IMG/VR virus record: IMGVR_UViG_3300003155_000119 | Coordinates: 32,001-96,000 of that record | Reading direction: 5' to 3' (one strand) | DNA: 64,000 nucleotides | Source: a virus | Lineage: Duplodnaviria > Caudoviricetes | Part shown: positions 37,184 through 47,500 of the stretch, piece after piece | Layout of the letters: every line of letters begins with the position of its first letter | Position numbering within the stretch: the first letter of the stretch is position 1 | Translations under genes and position numbers: made by a program | Notes under the pieces: model-generated | Databases searched by the model: none | Seen by the model: only the letters and a program-made list of their open reading frames with translations | Told to the model about the DNA's origin: nothing

Positions 37184-37507
37184 ATGTTTAATATTAATGG
37201 TGAAGAATGGCGCATAGTCTCTGTTTCATCTAATCATCCAAAACTATATAGAAGCAACGGTTCTTTAGCTGTGGCAACGTGCGATGACAATAGCAAAACG
37301 ATTTATTTAAATAATACTTTAAAAGGTAAATTCTTGAAAAAAGTTCTATGCCATGAAATTACTCATGCGGCAATGTTTTCTTATAATGTAGATTTGACTA
37401 TTGATTAGGAAGAATTGCTAGCAGATTTAATTGCTACTTATGGAGAGGAAATTATTCAAATTACTAATAAAGTATTCAGACGTATGAGAGGAAGATTCTT
37501 ATTTTGA
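37184..37507 (+). CDS. Cassette protein 6: small zincin metallopeptidase, 107 aa
   Basis: LCHEITHA (HExxH). The downstream (Q)EE..AD third-ligand region is made only by reading through TAG 37406. Confidence 0.8.
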
Positions 37508-37530
37508 CGGAGGAATCTTCCTCTCTTTTA
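37486..37530. terminator. Hairpin/terminator at the convergence of the two genome arms
   Basis: GAGAGGAAGATTCTT/AGGAATCTTCCTCTC stem followed by T-rich sequence. Confidence 0.75.
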
Positions 37531-37540
37531 TTTTATTTAA

Positions 37541-38041
37541 TTATTCCCAGTTGTATTCAGAATTTTCTTTTAATACTTGACTATATGCAATTAAAATAGC
37601 ATCTGCTTCATCATCATTAACGTCTTTCCCAAATTTATCTTTTACAAATTTAATGTCTGCGGCTTTCAGTTCTGCACGTTTTATACCGCGTCCCGTATGT
37701 ATCCCGACGGCAGCCCGCCACGAATTAGGCATTATATATTCTATTTCAATACTAGGAAAATTATCATGTACCATTATTGCTATTGCTCCTTGTAACCACA
37801 TAAGAGCTTTATGTGTTTTAATGTTTCCTTTAGTATTTTCTGGCAATACTTCTTCTAAAATAATTTTATCTATATCAGGATTCTATCTAATTGCTTCCTC
37901 TATTGAATCAACCATCTTATGAATTCTTTTAATTAAATCAGAAGAGGTCGCGCCACAAAATCCAGAGTACACTAGCTTCTATCCATCAAAGACTGCAATT
38001 CCGCTCATCTTGGAGCTTCCATCAATTCCCATTATTTTCAT
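37541..38041 (-). CDS. RuvC-like Holliday junction resolvase, 166 aa (2 TAG)
   Basis: MKIMGIDGSSKMSGIAVF...IILEE...NDDEADAILI catalytic motifs. TAG at codons 21 and 53. Confidence 0.88.
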
Positions 38042-38060
38042 ACTATCACCCCCTGTATAT

Positions 38061-38089
38061 AGTGTAGCACAAAAAATATTATAAAACAA
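38061..38089 (-). promoter_or_regulatory. SigmaA-type promoter
   Basis: TTGTTT-N17-TACACT with TG extension. Confidence 0.5.
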
Positions 38090-38093
38090 GAGC

Positions 38094-38127
38094 AAAAAGA
38101 AAAAGAGCTGAAACAAATCAGCTCTTT
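38094..38127 (-). terminator. Rho-independent terminator after dUTPase
   Basis: AAAGAGCTGA/TCAGCTCTTT stem with a T-tract on the minus strand. Confidence 0.75.
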
Positions 38128-38147
38128 CATATCTTTCATTTATTCAA

Positions 38148-38579
38148 TCACTTAACTCCAGTAGAACCAAATCCGCCTTCTCCGCGTTCAGTATCTTCCA
38201 AAGAATCTACTAGTTGAAAATCTGCGGTTACATAAGGCATTATAATAAGTTGACAAATTCTTTCTCCACGCTGAATCGTTTGCGGCAAGTCCGTGTCGTT
38301 GTGCATTGGGACTAGTATCTCTCCACGATAATCTGAGTCCACCACGCCGATGCAATTCGCCAACCGCAGGCCGCGTTTAGAGGCAATACCAGAGCGAGGG
38401 AAAAGTCCGCCAAAACATCCGCCAGGAAGTTCCATTGCAAGGCCGGTATGAATCATTGTAGTGCAGTGGGGTGCAATCAGAATATCATCAGACTCGGCCG
38501 CATAAATATCATAACCTGCGGCACATGAGCTTCCGCGAAGAGGCATTTGCGCATAATCATTTGTAAATTTAACTTTCAT
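38148..38579 (-). CDS. dut: Trimeric dUTPase
   Basis: AGYD, PRSG, GVVDSDYRGE, ICQL and RGEGGFGSTG motifs. Confidence 0.95.
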   Translation of the reverse strand: MKVKFTNDYAQMPLRGSSCAAGYDIYAAESDDILIAPHCTTMIHTGLAMELPGGCFGGLFPRSGIASKRGLRLANCIGVVDSDYRGEILVPMHNDTDLPQTIQRGERICQLIIMPYVTADFQLVDSLEDTERGEGGFGSTGVK

Positions 38580-38585
38580 CTATTG

Positions 38586-38834
38586 TTATTTCACCTCATA
38601 ATTGATATCGACTTCATTCAGAGGCTCTTTAAGTTCGTTGAAGGCTTTATTTAAGCTAACTTTAAAGTAGGTATCGACGATTTCACCTTTCAGTTTTATA
38701 TCTTTCTTCTCTGTTGTATACTTCAGCAAATCAAATTTATCGTCTGTTTTTGCGTCTTGAATCAACTGCTCTGCCTCTGCTTCACTGTCTACTCGATAAA
38801 TTTCAGTTGTACTAATCAAAAATTTCATAATCAA
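38586..38834 (-). CDS. Hypothetical protein
   Basis: Track ORF, overlap-coupled within the operon. Confidence 0.7.
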   Translation of the reverse strand: MIMKFLISTTEIYRVDSEAEAEQLIQDAKTDDKFDLLKYTTEKKDIKLKGEIVDTYFKVSLNKAFNELKEPLNEVDINYEVK

Positions 38835-39103
38835 AATACCTCAATTTCTAAATTATTTTTATTATACGTTGCCATTTCTTTTTCTTTAATCTTTTGAACA
38901 ATTTTTTCTGTAAATTTCTTTGGGCCTACAATAGTTATTTTGCTAAAATCTTCATAATGGCCGTCTGTAGTAATGATACCAAAAATATCGTTTGGTATAT
39001 TAGAAACTGTGCTATTTACAGAAGCAAATTTATGACCATTTTCGTATCCCTCGACTTTCTGTGTCATAGCAAAAGGTTGAATCATTACAATAATCTTCTT
39101 CAT
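38831..39103 (-). CDS. Hypothetical protein
   Basis: Track ORF with ATGA and TAATG overlaps. Confidence 0.7.
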   Translation of the reverse strand: MKKIIVMIQPFAMTQKVEGYENGHKFASVNSTVSNIPNDIFGIITTDGHYEDFSKITIVGPKKFTEKIVQKIKEKEMATYNKNNLEIEVF

Positions 39104-39561
39104 TATATCTCAATTACTCCTTCGTTGTAAGGAAATAGATAATAACATAGCATACCTTTTTCTGCGTCCTTCAACCAAATTTCTATAGCATAATTATCTT
39201 CTGTATTTTCTATACTATAGACTTTTCCTCTGTTCTTTAAACAAATCCTTAATTCATCACAAGCTATAAGAATTGGTTCGTGAAAGTCTAAATAATTGCG
39301 AACATTGAACAAGGTATAGTTATTATCTTCTTTACACAATAGCATAAAGTAACAATTATCAAAATCTTCTTTATTTATTCTCTATTCAATATTTTTTTTG
39401 AAGAAAGGGGCCACAATGTAATCTAAAGCATCATATAGATTTTCATCTGTCATAGGATTTTCTGTCTATTCTATTATCTATTTATTTAAATCATATAGAG
39501 TTGCTCCGCTTATTTTTGTTTTTTCACTTTTCTAAAACTCTTTAATTTTATTATTTGTCAT
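39103..39561 (-). CDS. Hypothetical protein, 152 aa (4 TAG)
   Basis: RBS AAGGAG before ATG 39561. TLYDLNK(Q)II is in frame with track ORF 39103..39345. Confidence 0.7.
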
Positions 39562-39589
39562 AGGCTTTGCTCCTTCACCTTTTTATTTT

Positions 39590-39618
39590 ATTATAGCATA
39601 AAATAATATTTTTAACAA
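39590..39618 (-). promoter_or_regulatory. SigmaA-type promoter
   Basis: TTGTTA-N17-TATAAT with TG extension. Confidence 0.65.
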
Positions 39619-40256
39619 ATATTTTCTTTCTCTTTATAAAGAGCAAGTCTTTCTTTTATTTTCCCTAGCGTTATTTCTTCAATCTTTTGCTTTAATATAT
39701 TATCTATTTTGTCAAAATATTCTATAGCTATTGGATTTCTGCTAATAGTTTGAAGTCCAAAGTATTCTTCTGCTGTTTTTCTACACCATATGGCCTCTTG
39801 TAGAGTTTCAAAATGTGGAAAATAAAATCTTTTTTTATTAAAATAAAAATCTACTGTATAGCTATGCCAGTTAGGATGGTATGTTATTCCTCTTATTTGA
39901 GTTTTACTTTCCTTTCTAACATTTACATTCTAAATATTTTTCAATCTAGTGACAATTCTTAAATTTGATTTTCTATTATCAAAAGAATTGCTGCTTATGT
40001 GGTCAATCTCACACCCATCTGGAACTTCTTTGTTTAAAATATATTTATGTAAATAAATTTGTTTTTGTCCATTTTTGCTTTGTCCAGTAACAGCGTATAC
40101 TTTATTCTTTTTATGGCTAGTTCTCCAGTGATATTTTTGAACTCTTTCGATATCATCTGTATCAATTATAAAATCATACCAGATATCTTTATACTAAATT
40201 TTTAGTATGCAATACTCTTCTTGTTGAATATATTGATTTGAATCTTTTTTATACAT
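39612..40256 (-). CDS. Free-standing HNH-AP2 homing endonuclease, 214 aa (2 TAG), absent from ORF track
   Basis: IYLHKYI...EIDHISSNSFDNRKSNLRIVT...IRGITY...FETLQEAIWCRKTAEEYFG. Confidence 0.85.
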
Positions 40257-40734
40257 TATTTGTTAAAACTCCTCGCTTAGTTATTCTTTGATTAGTAGAC
40301 CCTCTAAGTTTTAAAGTTATATCTCGCTTTTCTTCAAGGTATGGACCGTCAATTAAAATATCTATCAAAGGAAGAATTGTTTTTTGTTCCTCATTAAAAT
40401 TTTCTAATACATACCCAGTCCATAAATATATCTTTATATCAGGATAAGTATTTCTTACTTTTTTAACGATATAAATAGTATTATTTAAATTTTGTGCGGC
40501 TAAAGGCTCGCCACCTAGAATAGAAAAACTCCTTGCTATTCCGTTTTCTCTTAATGCGGTGATAATCTTACTAACTAATTCATCTCTGTCGATTTCTTGA
40601 CCACCATTAAAATCCCAAGTTTCTTGATTGTGGCACCCTTTGCAGTGAATAGGGCATCCTTGGCACCAATAAGAAACACATATCCCATTTTCACAATCTA
40701 CTATATCATTGTATTTTAAAGCTGCATATCTCAT
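40249..40734 (-). CDS. nrdG: Anaerobic ribonucleotide reductase activating protein
   Basis: Radical SAM CxxxCxxC (GCPIHCKGC), GGEPL, LRGSTNQR. Start placed at MRYAAL. Confidence 0.93.
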   Translation of the reverse strand: MRYAALKYNDIVDCENGICVSYWCQGCPIHCKGCHNQETWDFNGGQEIDRDELVSKIITALRENGIARSFSILGGEPLAAQNLNNTIYIVKKVRNTYPDIKIYLWTGYVLENFNEEQKTILPLIDILIDGPYLEEKRDITLKLRGSTNQRITKRGVLTNNV

Positions 40735-40747
40735 TTTTTTATTTCTC

Positions 40748-42904
40748 TCACCAATCAATATGAAGAACTCGTTCTTTAATTTCTTCTGTGCGACCTTGAT
40801 TCCAGAAATTAGTTCCGATGTATCCACAAGTCCGTCTAGCAACACTCATCTTATCTCGGTCCCGATTTCCACAGTTTGGACACTCCCAATACAGATGACC
40901 AGGTTCTCCTTTGATTTTAATCTCGCCGGAATAGCCACAACATTGACAATAATCAAATTTGCTATTTATTTCCGCATACATAATATTATCATAAATGAAC
41001 TTAAGAATTTCCAGCACTGCGGGAATATTATTACTCATATCTGGAACTTCTACATAGCTAATTGCGCCTCCCGGAGAAAGTTTTTGAAATTCAGATTCTA
41101 ACTTCAATTTAGTAAAAGCATCAATTTTTTCTCTTACATTCACATGATAAGAGTTGGTGATATAATCGTGGTCGGTTATTCCCGAAATAACCCCAAACCG
41201 CTCTTTTAAACATTTTGCAAATTTATAAGTAACACTCTCGATAGGAGTACCATAGACGCTATAATCAATATCCTCTTCTTTTTTCCATCTGGCGCACGCA
41301 TCATTTAAGGTTTGCATTACGGATAAAGCAAATTTTTTACCTTCTTCTGTGGTATGAGAGACACCGAGCATCGCCATTGTACATTCATAAAGCGCAGCAT
41401 ATCCTAGGCTGATAGTGGAATATCCATGATAAAGTAGTTCATCTATTGTATCATCTTTATTTAGTCTTGCTATTGCCCCGTTCTGCCATAAAATAGGAGC
41501 TACCTTAGATGATACGCCTACCAGTCTATTATGCTTACATTTTAATGCCTTATGACATAATTCAAGGCGCGAGTCAAGAATAGTCCAAAATTTATTCATA
41601 TCTCCTTTTGAACTTAATGCCACGTCAGCTAAGTTAATGGTAACGACACCTTGATTGAATCTTCCGTAGTATTTATGTTCACCCTCTTTATAGTTTAATG
41701 CATGAGCATAATTCTTAGTGGTGCGGTCTGTAGTTAAGAAAGAACGGCATCCCATGCAGGTGTAAATATCTCCGCCTTTCAACTCTCTTTCGACTTTATT
41801 AGAAATATAATCAGGAACCATTCTTTTAGCTGTGCATTCTGCGGCTATTTTCGTTAAGTAATAATACTTACTGTTTGGATAAATATTAATTTCATCAAGA
41901 GCATAAATAAGTTTTGGAAAAGCTGGAGTGATATATACTCCTTTTTCGTTTTTCACTCCTTTAATGCGTTGGCGAAGAACCTCCTCGATAACAAGAGCTA
42001 AATCCTCTCTAGCCGGACCGTCGGGAACTTCATTAAGATTCATATATACAGTAATAAATGGCGCCTGTCCATTTGTCGTCATCAAAGTAATAATTTGATA
42101 TTGAAGAGTTTGTACGCCAGCACTAATATCATTTTTTACCATCTGCTCTATCATCGCATCTGCCGCAGTCGGATAATCTTTTTTAAACTTTTGACGAGAG
42201 CTCTCAACAAACGGACTCAAATGAGCTAGACTAATAGATTGACCTCCGTATTGGCTAGATGCGACTTGGGCAATAATTTGAGTGGCAATATTGCACGCAG
42301 TAGAAAACTTATGCGGCTTGTCTATTTTTGTTTTACTAATTATAGTTCCATTTTGCAACATATCTTCAAGATTAATTAAGCAACAATTATAAATAGGTTG
42401 CAATATATAATCTAAATCATGAACATGAATAAGACCTGTATCATGAGCTTCTACAACGTCTTGCGGCAAGATTCTACGTCTTGCAATGTCAGTAGACACT
42501 GCGCCTGCTACATAATCTCTTTGAGTTGTAACTAATTGAGCATCCTTATTAGAATTTTCTGTCATCCAATATTCATTAGAATTATTTACTATTTCATCAA
42601 TAGTTTTATCGATGGTGTTCTGCCTAGCATTATCTCTTTGTTTTCTATAAAGAATATATGCTTTAGCAACGTCTTTTCTCTTTAGACTCATTAAGCCGCG
42701 CTCTACATAATCTTGTATTTCTTCTACGCTCAATTCGTCTTTAGAGGTAGAAATAGAAGCAATATAATCTGCAATATTTTGAGCCTTTATGCTTGCATAA
42801 TCAGTAATTTCGCCATCAACGACCAGAAAAGCTTTTAATATAGCATTTATAATCTTCTCCTTGTTAAATTGGACTATACGTCCATCTCTTTTTAATACAT
42901 TCAT
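40748..42904 (-). CDS. nrdD: Class III anaerobic ribonucleoside-triphosphate reductase
   Basis: N-terminal ATP cone, NCC, MGCRS, zinc CxxC pairs and glycyl radical RTCGYI. Confidence 0.96.
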   Translation of the reverse strand: MNVLKRDGRIVQFNKEKIINAILKAFLVVDGEITDYASIKAQNIADYIASISTSKDELSVEEIQDYVERGLMSLKRKDVAKAYILYRKQRDNARQNTIDKTIDEIVNNSNEYWMTENSNKDAQLVTTQRDYVAGAVSTDIARRRILPQDVVEAHDTGLIHVHDLDYILQPIYNCCLINLEDMLQNGTIISKTKIDKPHKFSTACNIATQIIAQVASSQYGGQSISLAHLSPFVESSRQKFKKDYPTAADAMIEQMVKNDISAGVQTLQYQIITLMTTNGQAPFITVYMNLNEVPDGPAREDLALVIEEVLRQRIKGVKNEKGVYITPAFPKLIYALDEINIYPNSKYYYLTKIAAECTAKRMVPDYISNKVERELKGGDIYTCMGCRSFLTTDRTTKNYAHALNYKEGEHKYYGRFNQGVVTINLADVALSSKGDMNKFWTILDSRLELCHKALKCKHNRLVGVSSKVAPILWQNGAIARLNKDDTIDELLYHGYSTISLGYAALYECTMAMLGVSHTTEEGKKFALSVMQTLNDACARWKKEEDIDYSVYGTPIESVTYKFAKCLKERFGVISGITDHDYITNSYHVNVREKIDAFTKLKLESEFQKLSPGGAISYVEVPDMSNNIPAVLEILKFIYDNIMYAEINSKFDYCQCCGYSGEIKIKGEPGHLYWECPNCGNRDRDKMSVARRTCGYIGTNFWNQGRTEEIKERVLHIDW

Positions 42905-42960
42905 TGTTTTTATCCTCCTAATTAGATAATTATTTTAAGGTTGATAACTTATACATAATA

Positions 42961-43014
42961 ATTATACCATATATAATTGTTAAAGTCAATAGGCTTAACA
43001 ATATATATGGTTTT
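42961..43014 (-). promoter_or_regulatory. nrdD promoter overlapped by two NrdR-box-like sites
   Basis: TTGACT-N17-TATAAT (42989-42961). Inverted repeats ACCATATATAATTGTTAA / TTAACAATATATATGGT. Confidence 0.65.
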
Positions 43015-43027
43015 TGTAGAATTTATA

Positions 43028-43915
43028 TTAACTATTTTTGACCAATTTTATCAAAACTCTTTTATATACATTCTTACCATTGCAAATGAATTGACCGTCT
43101 GAAATGCCAGCTCCGCCATCACCGGTTAAATCATGGTCATGACCTATTAATTGGAACTGCTCTGGACAATATTTACTTAAGAAAGTAACAGGGACTCCCA
43201 TTAGTCCGTCATAATCGCAAGGAATATTAACTACTTTAGATACTTCAATAGCATCATAGTTATCATATTTAGGATATTTCTCCTCATTACCATAATATTT
43301 TTCTTTTAGCGGGATGCGGCAATGCCTTTTTTCATTATCTAAATTTGTATACCAAATGATATTACCAAATTTCTTTTCTGTGCGGTCTGGCGTTAAAAAC
43401 ACTTTAGGGCTAGTATTTCCGAACCATACTTGGTTATTTTTAAAGAGCGGGAATATTTCTTTATAGGTTGCAGCATTCATATTACCTATAACAAGAAACT
43501 TCTTATTATATTTTATAAGTTGCGCGATATATTCGCGGAAGAGGCTAAATGGCGGATTAGTGATAACGAAGTCCGCACTTTTAAGTAATTCAACGCATTC
43601 TTCTGAACGAAAATCCCCATTGCCGCACAGTTGAGTCCTTACTTCTTTGCTATTGTTATCAAACTCTGTTTTATATGCCGTTTTATTTAATGACAAATTT
43701 GTTGCAATGATTTTTTTTATTCCTAGCTCATAAAAATTCTCTTTAAAATATTTATAAAAATTTGAATACTCTACATCATCACAATTACAATAAATAATTT
43801 TATCTTTAAAATATTCTTTATAATTAGTTAATTCTTTTTCTATATCTTCTAATCTTGTATAAAATTCATCATTTTTAATGCGCTTGGCCGCAGTTAGATT
43901 TTTATTATCACTCAT
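43028..43915 (-). CDS. Adenine DNA methyltransferase, EcoRI-methylase family (orphan)
   Basis: KNDEFYT, IYCNCDD, GDFRSEEC, ITNPPFSLFREY. Confidence 0.9.
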   Translation of the reverse strand: MSDNKNLTAAKRIKNDEFYTRLEDIEKELTNYKEYFKDKIIYCNCDDVEYSNFYKYFKENFYELGIKKIIATNLSLNKTAYKTEFDNNSKEVRTQLCGNGDFRSEECVELLKSADFVITNPPFSLFREYIAQLIKYNKKFLVIGNMNAATYKEIFPLFKNNQVWFGNTSPKVFLTPDRTEKKFGNIIWYTNLDNEKRHCRIPLKEKYYGNEEKYPKYDNYDAIEVSKVVNIPCDYDGLMGVPVTFLSKYCPEQFQLIGHDHDLTGDGGAGISDGQFICNGKNVYKRVLIKLVKNS

Positions 43916-44498
43916 TATTTATTCTCTCCTTTGTCCAGTTAACAAAAGATTCATAGAAGTTAAGTCCTTGTAAAGGCAATTCATAAATCTTATTTGGATG
44001 TTTTTCTATATATTCCTTTTTTGCGCAATTAAATTCTACGTCATTAAAATCTTGCTTGTCCGCTAAAAAGCGTCTACAAATTTCATCACAATTAGGATTT
44101 TTTTCTCTTCTTAATGAGCGCATTAATCTATCTTTATCACTAGCTGAAACCTCAATAGCCATTAAATCAAAATGTTCATCATTGTCTTCAAATAGTTTTT
44201 TCATCCAATAGAGATTAAATATTCCTACATTAATCTTATCATTCTTAATAGACTCTCTTGCTATTGCATAAATCCAATTATTATAATCAATAGGCCAAAG
44301 GAAATTATCATCCCTTAAAATATCTTTCTTTTTCTTAAATAGGTAATCAATACCGTCAATTTCCTTTTCGCGCGGCGGTCTGGAAGTAGTTAAAAGAATT
44401 TTGTTTAAATCAAAGTTATTTGATAGGTGATTCAGAAAAGTATCTTTCCCTGCCGCGCTCATTCCATAAATAGCTAAAATTTTAGGCTTTACGCCCAT
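43908..44498 (-). CDS. gmk: Guanylate kinase-like protein
   Basis: GMSAAGKDT P-loop and TTSRPPREKEIDGIDYLF. Confidence 0.85.
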   Translation of the reverse strand: MGVKPKILAIYGMSAAGKDTFLNHLSNNFDLNKILLTTSRPPREKEIDGIDYLFKKKKDILRDDNFLWPIDYNNWIYAIARESIKNDKINVGIFNLYWMKKLFEDNDEHFDLMAIEVSASDKDRLMRSLRREKNPNCDEICRRFLADKQDFNDVEFNCAKKEYIEKHPNKIYELPLQGLNFYESFVNWTKERINNE

Positions 44499-44504
44499 AT
44501 GGCA

Positions 44505-47500
44505 TCATCCTCTCTCATGCTCAATAATAATATCTTGACCATTGTTAATTACATCTTTGATCCTATAAAGTTGATGAGTTGAAGTATGCGAATAAGACTT
44601 AGCTCTAAAAGTGTCATCAATTCGATACCCAGTTACCATGATTTTCGTTCCTCTTGTAAACCAACTCTTATCAATAACTTTCTTAGTTCCATCTAATTGA
44701 ACTTCACTTAATTGACGATTATAATTCGCATAATATTCTTTAGTGAATTTAACATCTACGACACCTGTAGTAGTTAAAATCGAAACCGTTGAACGAACAT
44801 CATTCTTGCCAAGAACTGTTCCAATAATTCTTGTCGTTTCATAGATAGGAATTTCTTTTCCTTTCCTCTTGAAGAATTTTTCTGCTTTAGGAACGGTAGG
44901 AAGTTTATTAAAATCACTTATTCCATATTTAGAAGTATTAACTTTTGCCAATTCATGTTCGTGATAGTAAAAACACATACTTTCCATTTCCCATGCGGAA
45001 ACAGTTCCTGCTGCGTACTTATCCCAACATTCTTTAAATAATAAATCATTTAATTCATTTAATACTCTCTTTTGATTTTCTTTTAACCATTCTCTAATAT
45101 TATTCATCATTTTTGAATAAATATTATCCCATTTGCTTTGCGGCAAAAGATTTTCTCCGTTAATGATAGTTAAGTCATCTTGAGAGAAGTGCTCCTCGTA
45201 GAATAGAAAATCGTCCTCTTTTAACAGATAATATTCCTTGCCTTCCTTTTGATTCTTCAATTTTTTATTAAGCAAGAATACTTGCCTTTCAAGAGACAAA
45301 GAATCTGGAATGAGATTTTTCTGAATCAATATGCTCAGATTTTGTAGAGTAAGTTTTTTCTTTGGCTCACAAATCTTTGAGATATAATAAGCCATGATTG
45401 CGCGGCGAGGGGCAGATGGATTAACTGATTTTGCCCAGACTTCATCAGTTTCATCAAAAGCTCCTGACTTAATAAGAGAAATCATTACCGTTTTATTAAG
45501 AGGACATTTAACTAAGAAATCATTTAGACTCTTATATTGTCTGTTCTTAATAATATTCCCAATAACATCTCCGCCTACTTTATTAAGAGCATTCATCGCA
45601 TACAAAATTCTATTATTTGCCGCGTCTGGTTTAAAACTATAATCTGATTCATTGATATTTACAAGAGAAACAGAAATACCGTTTGAAATGATTTTACCTA
45701 GCGCCTTGGCGATTTTAGCATAGTCTGTTTGCCCTTCTGACTCCTCCAATGACTCACTATCAACAATAAGACAAGCCGTATTCCAGTATATAGGATTCCA
45801 ATGGGTTGCGAGGTATGCTGTTTGGAACCCGATAAAAGAATACGACATCGCGTGTATGTCGGAGAATGAATATCCCAGCTGAGTGGATGCGATATTGTCC
45901 CAAACATAATTAGCCATCGCAAGAGAGGACGCCTTTTCGAATACTTCAGATTTCAACTCTGCGATTTTATCCATGCGTTTCTTGCTTACGACTTTTCGTG
46001 CTGAGTTGGCTTGGGCTAGGCTAAACCCGCAAATATCGGAATCCATCAAAGTCCGCATTAGCTGTTCTTGTGAAATGCCAATACCATAACTTTTACCAAC
46101 ATATTTATTCAGTGCTTTTTCCTCTTGTTCGGTCAGACCATATTTTTTCATTTCTTTATGGACTAGTTCAGAATTCTTCTTAAATCGCACATACTTTTCC
46201 ATTGGTGGCTCACCACCATCCTCCGCCATAAGGCGAATCAGTCCATTGGTATTACTTAATTCCTGCATATTCTTAGGACGCACTTTTTTTGCGCCTTGAC
46301 GACCAATAGTAGAATCCAACTGAAACAGATTAAGACTAGAAGCATTTTGAATTGTGTTCCAAGTATCTTTATCATCAAGCGGCAAAACGTCAGGATGAAG
46401 ATATTTGTTATACAACTCGCGGAGACTCAATCCTTGTTCAAGAATTCCGTCCTTCTGCATCATAAGAAGCGTCTGAACGAACATGTCTTGCACAGAGGTG
46501 ACCAAGGCGTCCAATTTGGTCAGACCACAAGCTTCGTCCATATGCAAATCATACTGCGTTACAATTTCGCCGCTAGTCGCGCGCATAAAGCAGCAATGTT
46601 CATATGGATCATTCTCAAACATTACGACACCAGACGCGTGTATGCCGCGAGATTTAGTTAACCCCTCCACGCCCATAATAATATCCAACAATCCTGGGTA
46701 CTGGTCTACTTCATTAATAAAAGCGGAAATTGGTTTTCGTCCTTTCTCGTCATTTCCGTACACCACATCTCGTATCGACCAGACAAAGCCTCGTTCTGAT
46801 GGAATAAGACTAGATAAATATTGCGCAATATCAACGTCAATTCCCTCTGGGAACTCGTCACTTCTATAGCCGCGACAGGCCGTGAGTACCGCAGACTTAG
46901 ATGATTCTGTGCCGAAAGTTGCAATCATAGTACATCCAAGATTTTGTTTCTCTTGTTCACTAAGACTGGCATTCAAATATTTCTGACGTTCGTCTTTAAT
47001 ATTTTTGATAATTAGAGGTCTCTTTGAAGGTGCTAAATCCAGGTCAATATCACCAAGTCCATCCGTATCACGATTCATATAGCGGAAGAACGGGAATTCG
47101 TATTGGATAGGGTCGAGCTGCGATATACCTAACAAATAATGATTCAATGCGGCACAAGCACTACCTCGACCTACACCAACCGTCGAACCGCATTCCCAAA
47201 ACATATCAATGTAATGCTGCAAAAGAAGCGGGTATCTAAACATATTAGTATTTAATTTATCACCAACGATTTTCTTAACCTCAGCCTCTTCTTCAAGTTC
47301 ATCTAAATACTCTTTTTTATTAAGTAAATCTTTTTCCGCAAGTTTGTTCCAACATTGATTAATCCAATTCCGTTCAACTTTATCATCAGAATTGAACATT
47401 CTATCTAACTCTTTATATCCAGTTTCTTTCTTTTGTTTTGGATAATCAGAAATTTCTACTTCAGGAATTTGTTGAGAATGTTGCAAAGAATAATTTTCTA

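Noticed and set aside
1-37507. Decayed prophage or mass pseudogenisation of the + strand
   Set aside because: Interruptions are only TAG, with no frameshifts or TAA/TGA seen. RBSs and gene overlaps are intact.
38061-39618. Rule that all genes with sigmaA promoters are TAG-free
   Set aside because: The RuvC-like gene and 39103..39561 have sigmaA-like promoters yet contain TAG codons.
40735-40845. N-terminal extension of NrdG shown in the ORF track
   Set aside because: It overlaps the nrdD 3' end. An RBS and a typical NrdG start lie at ATG 40734.
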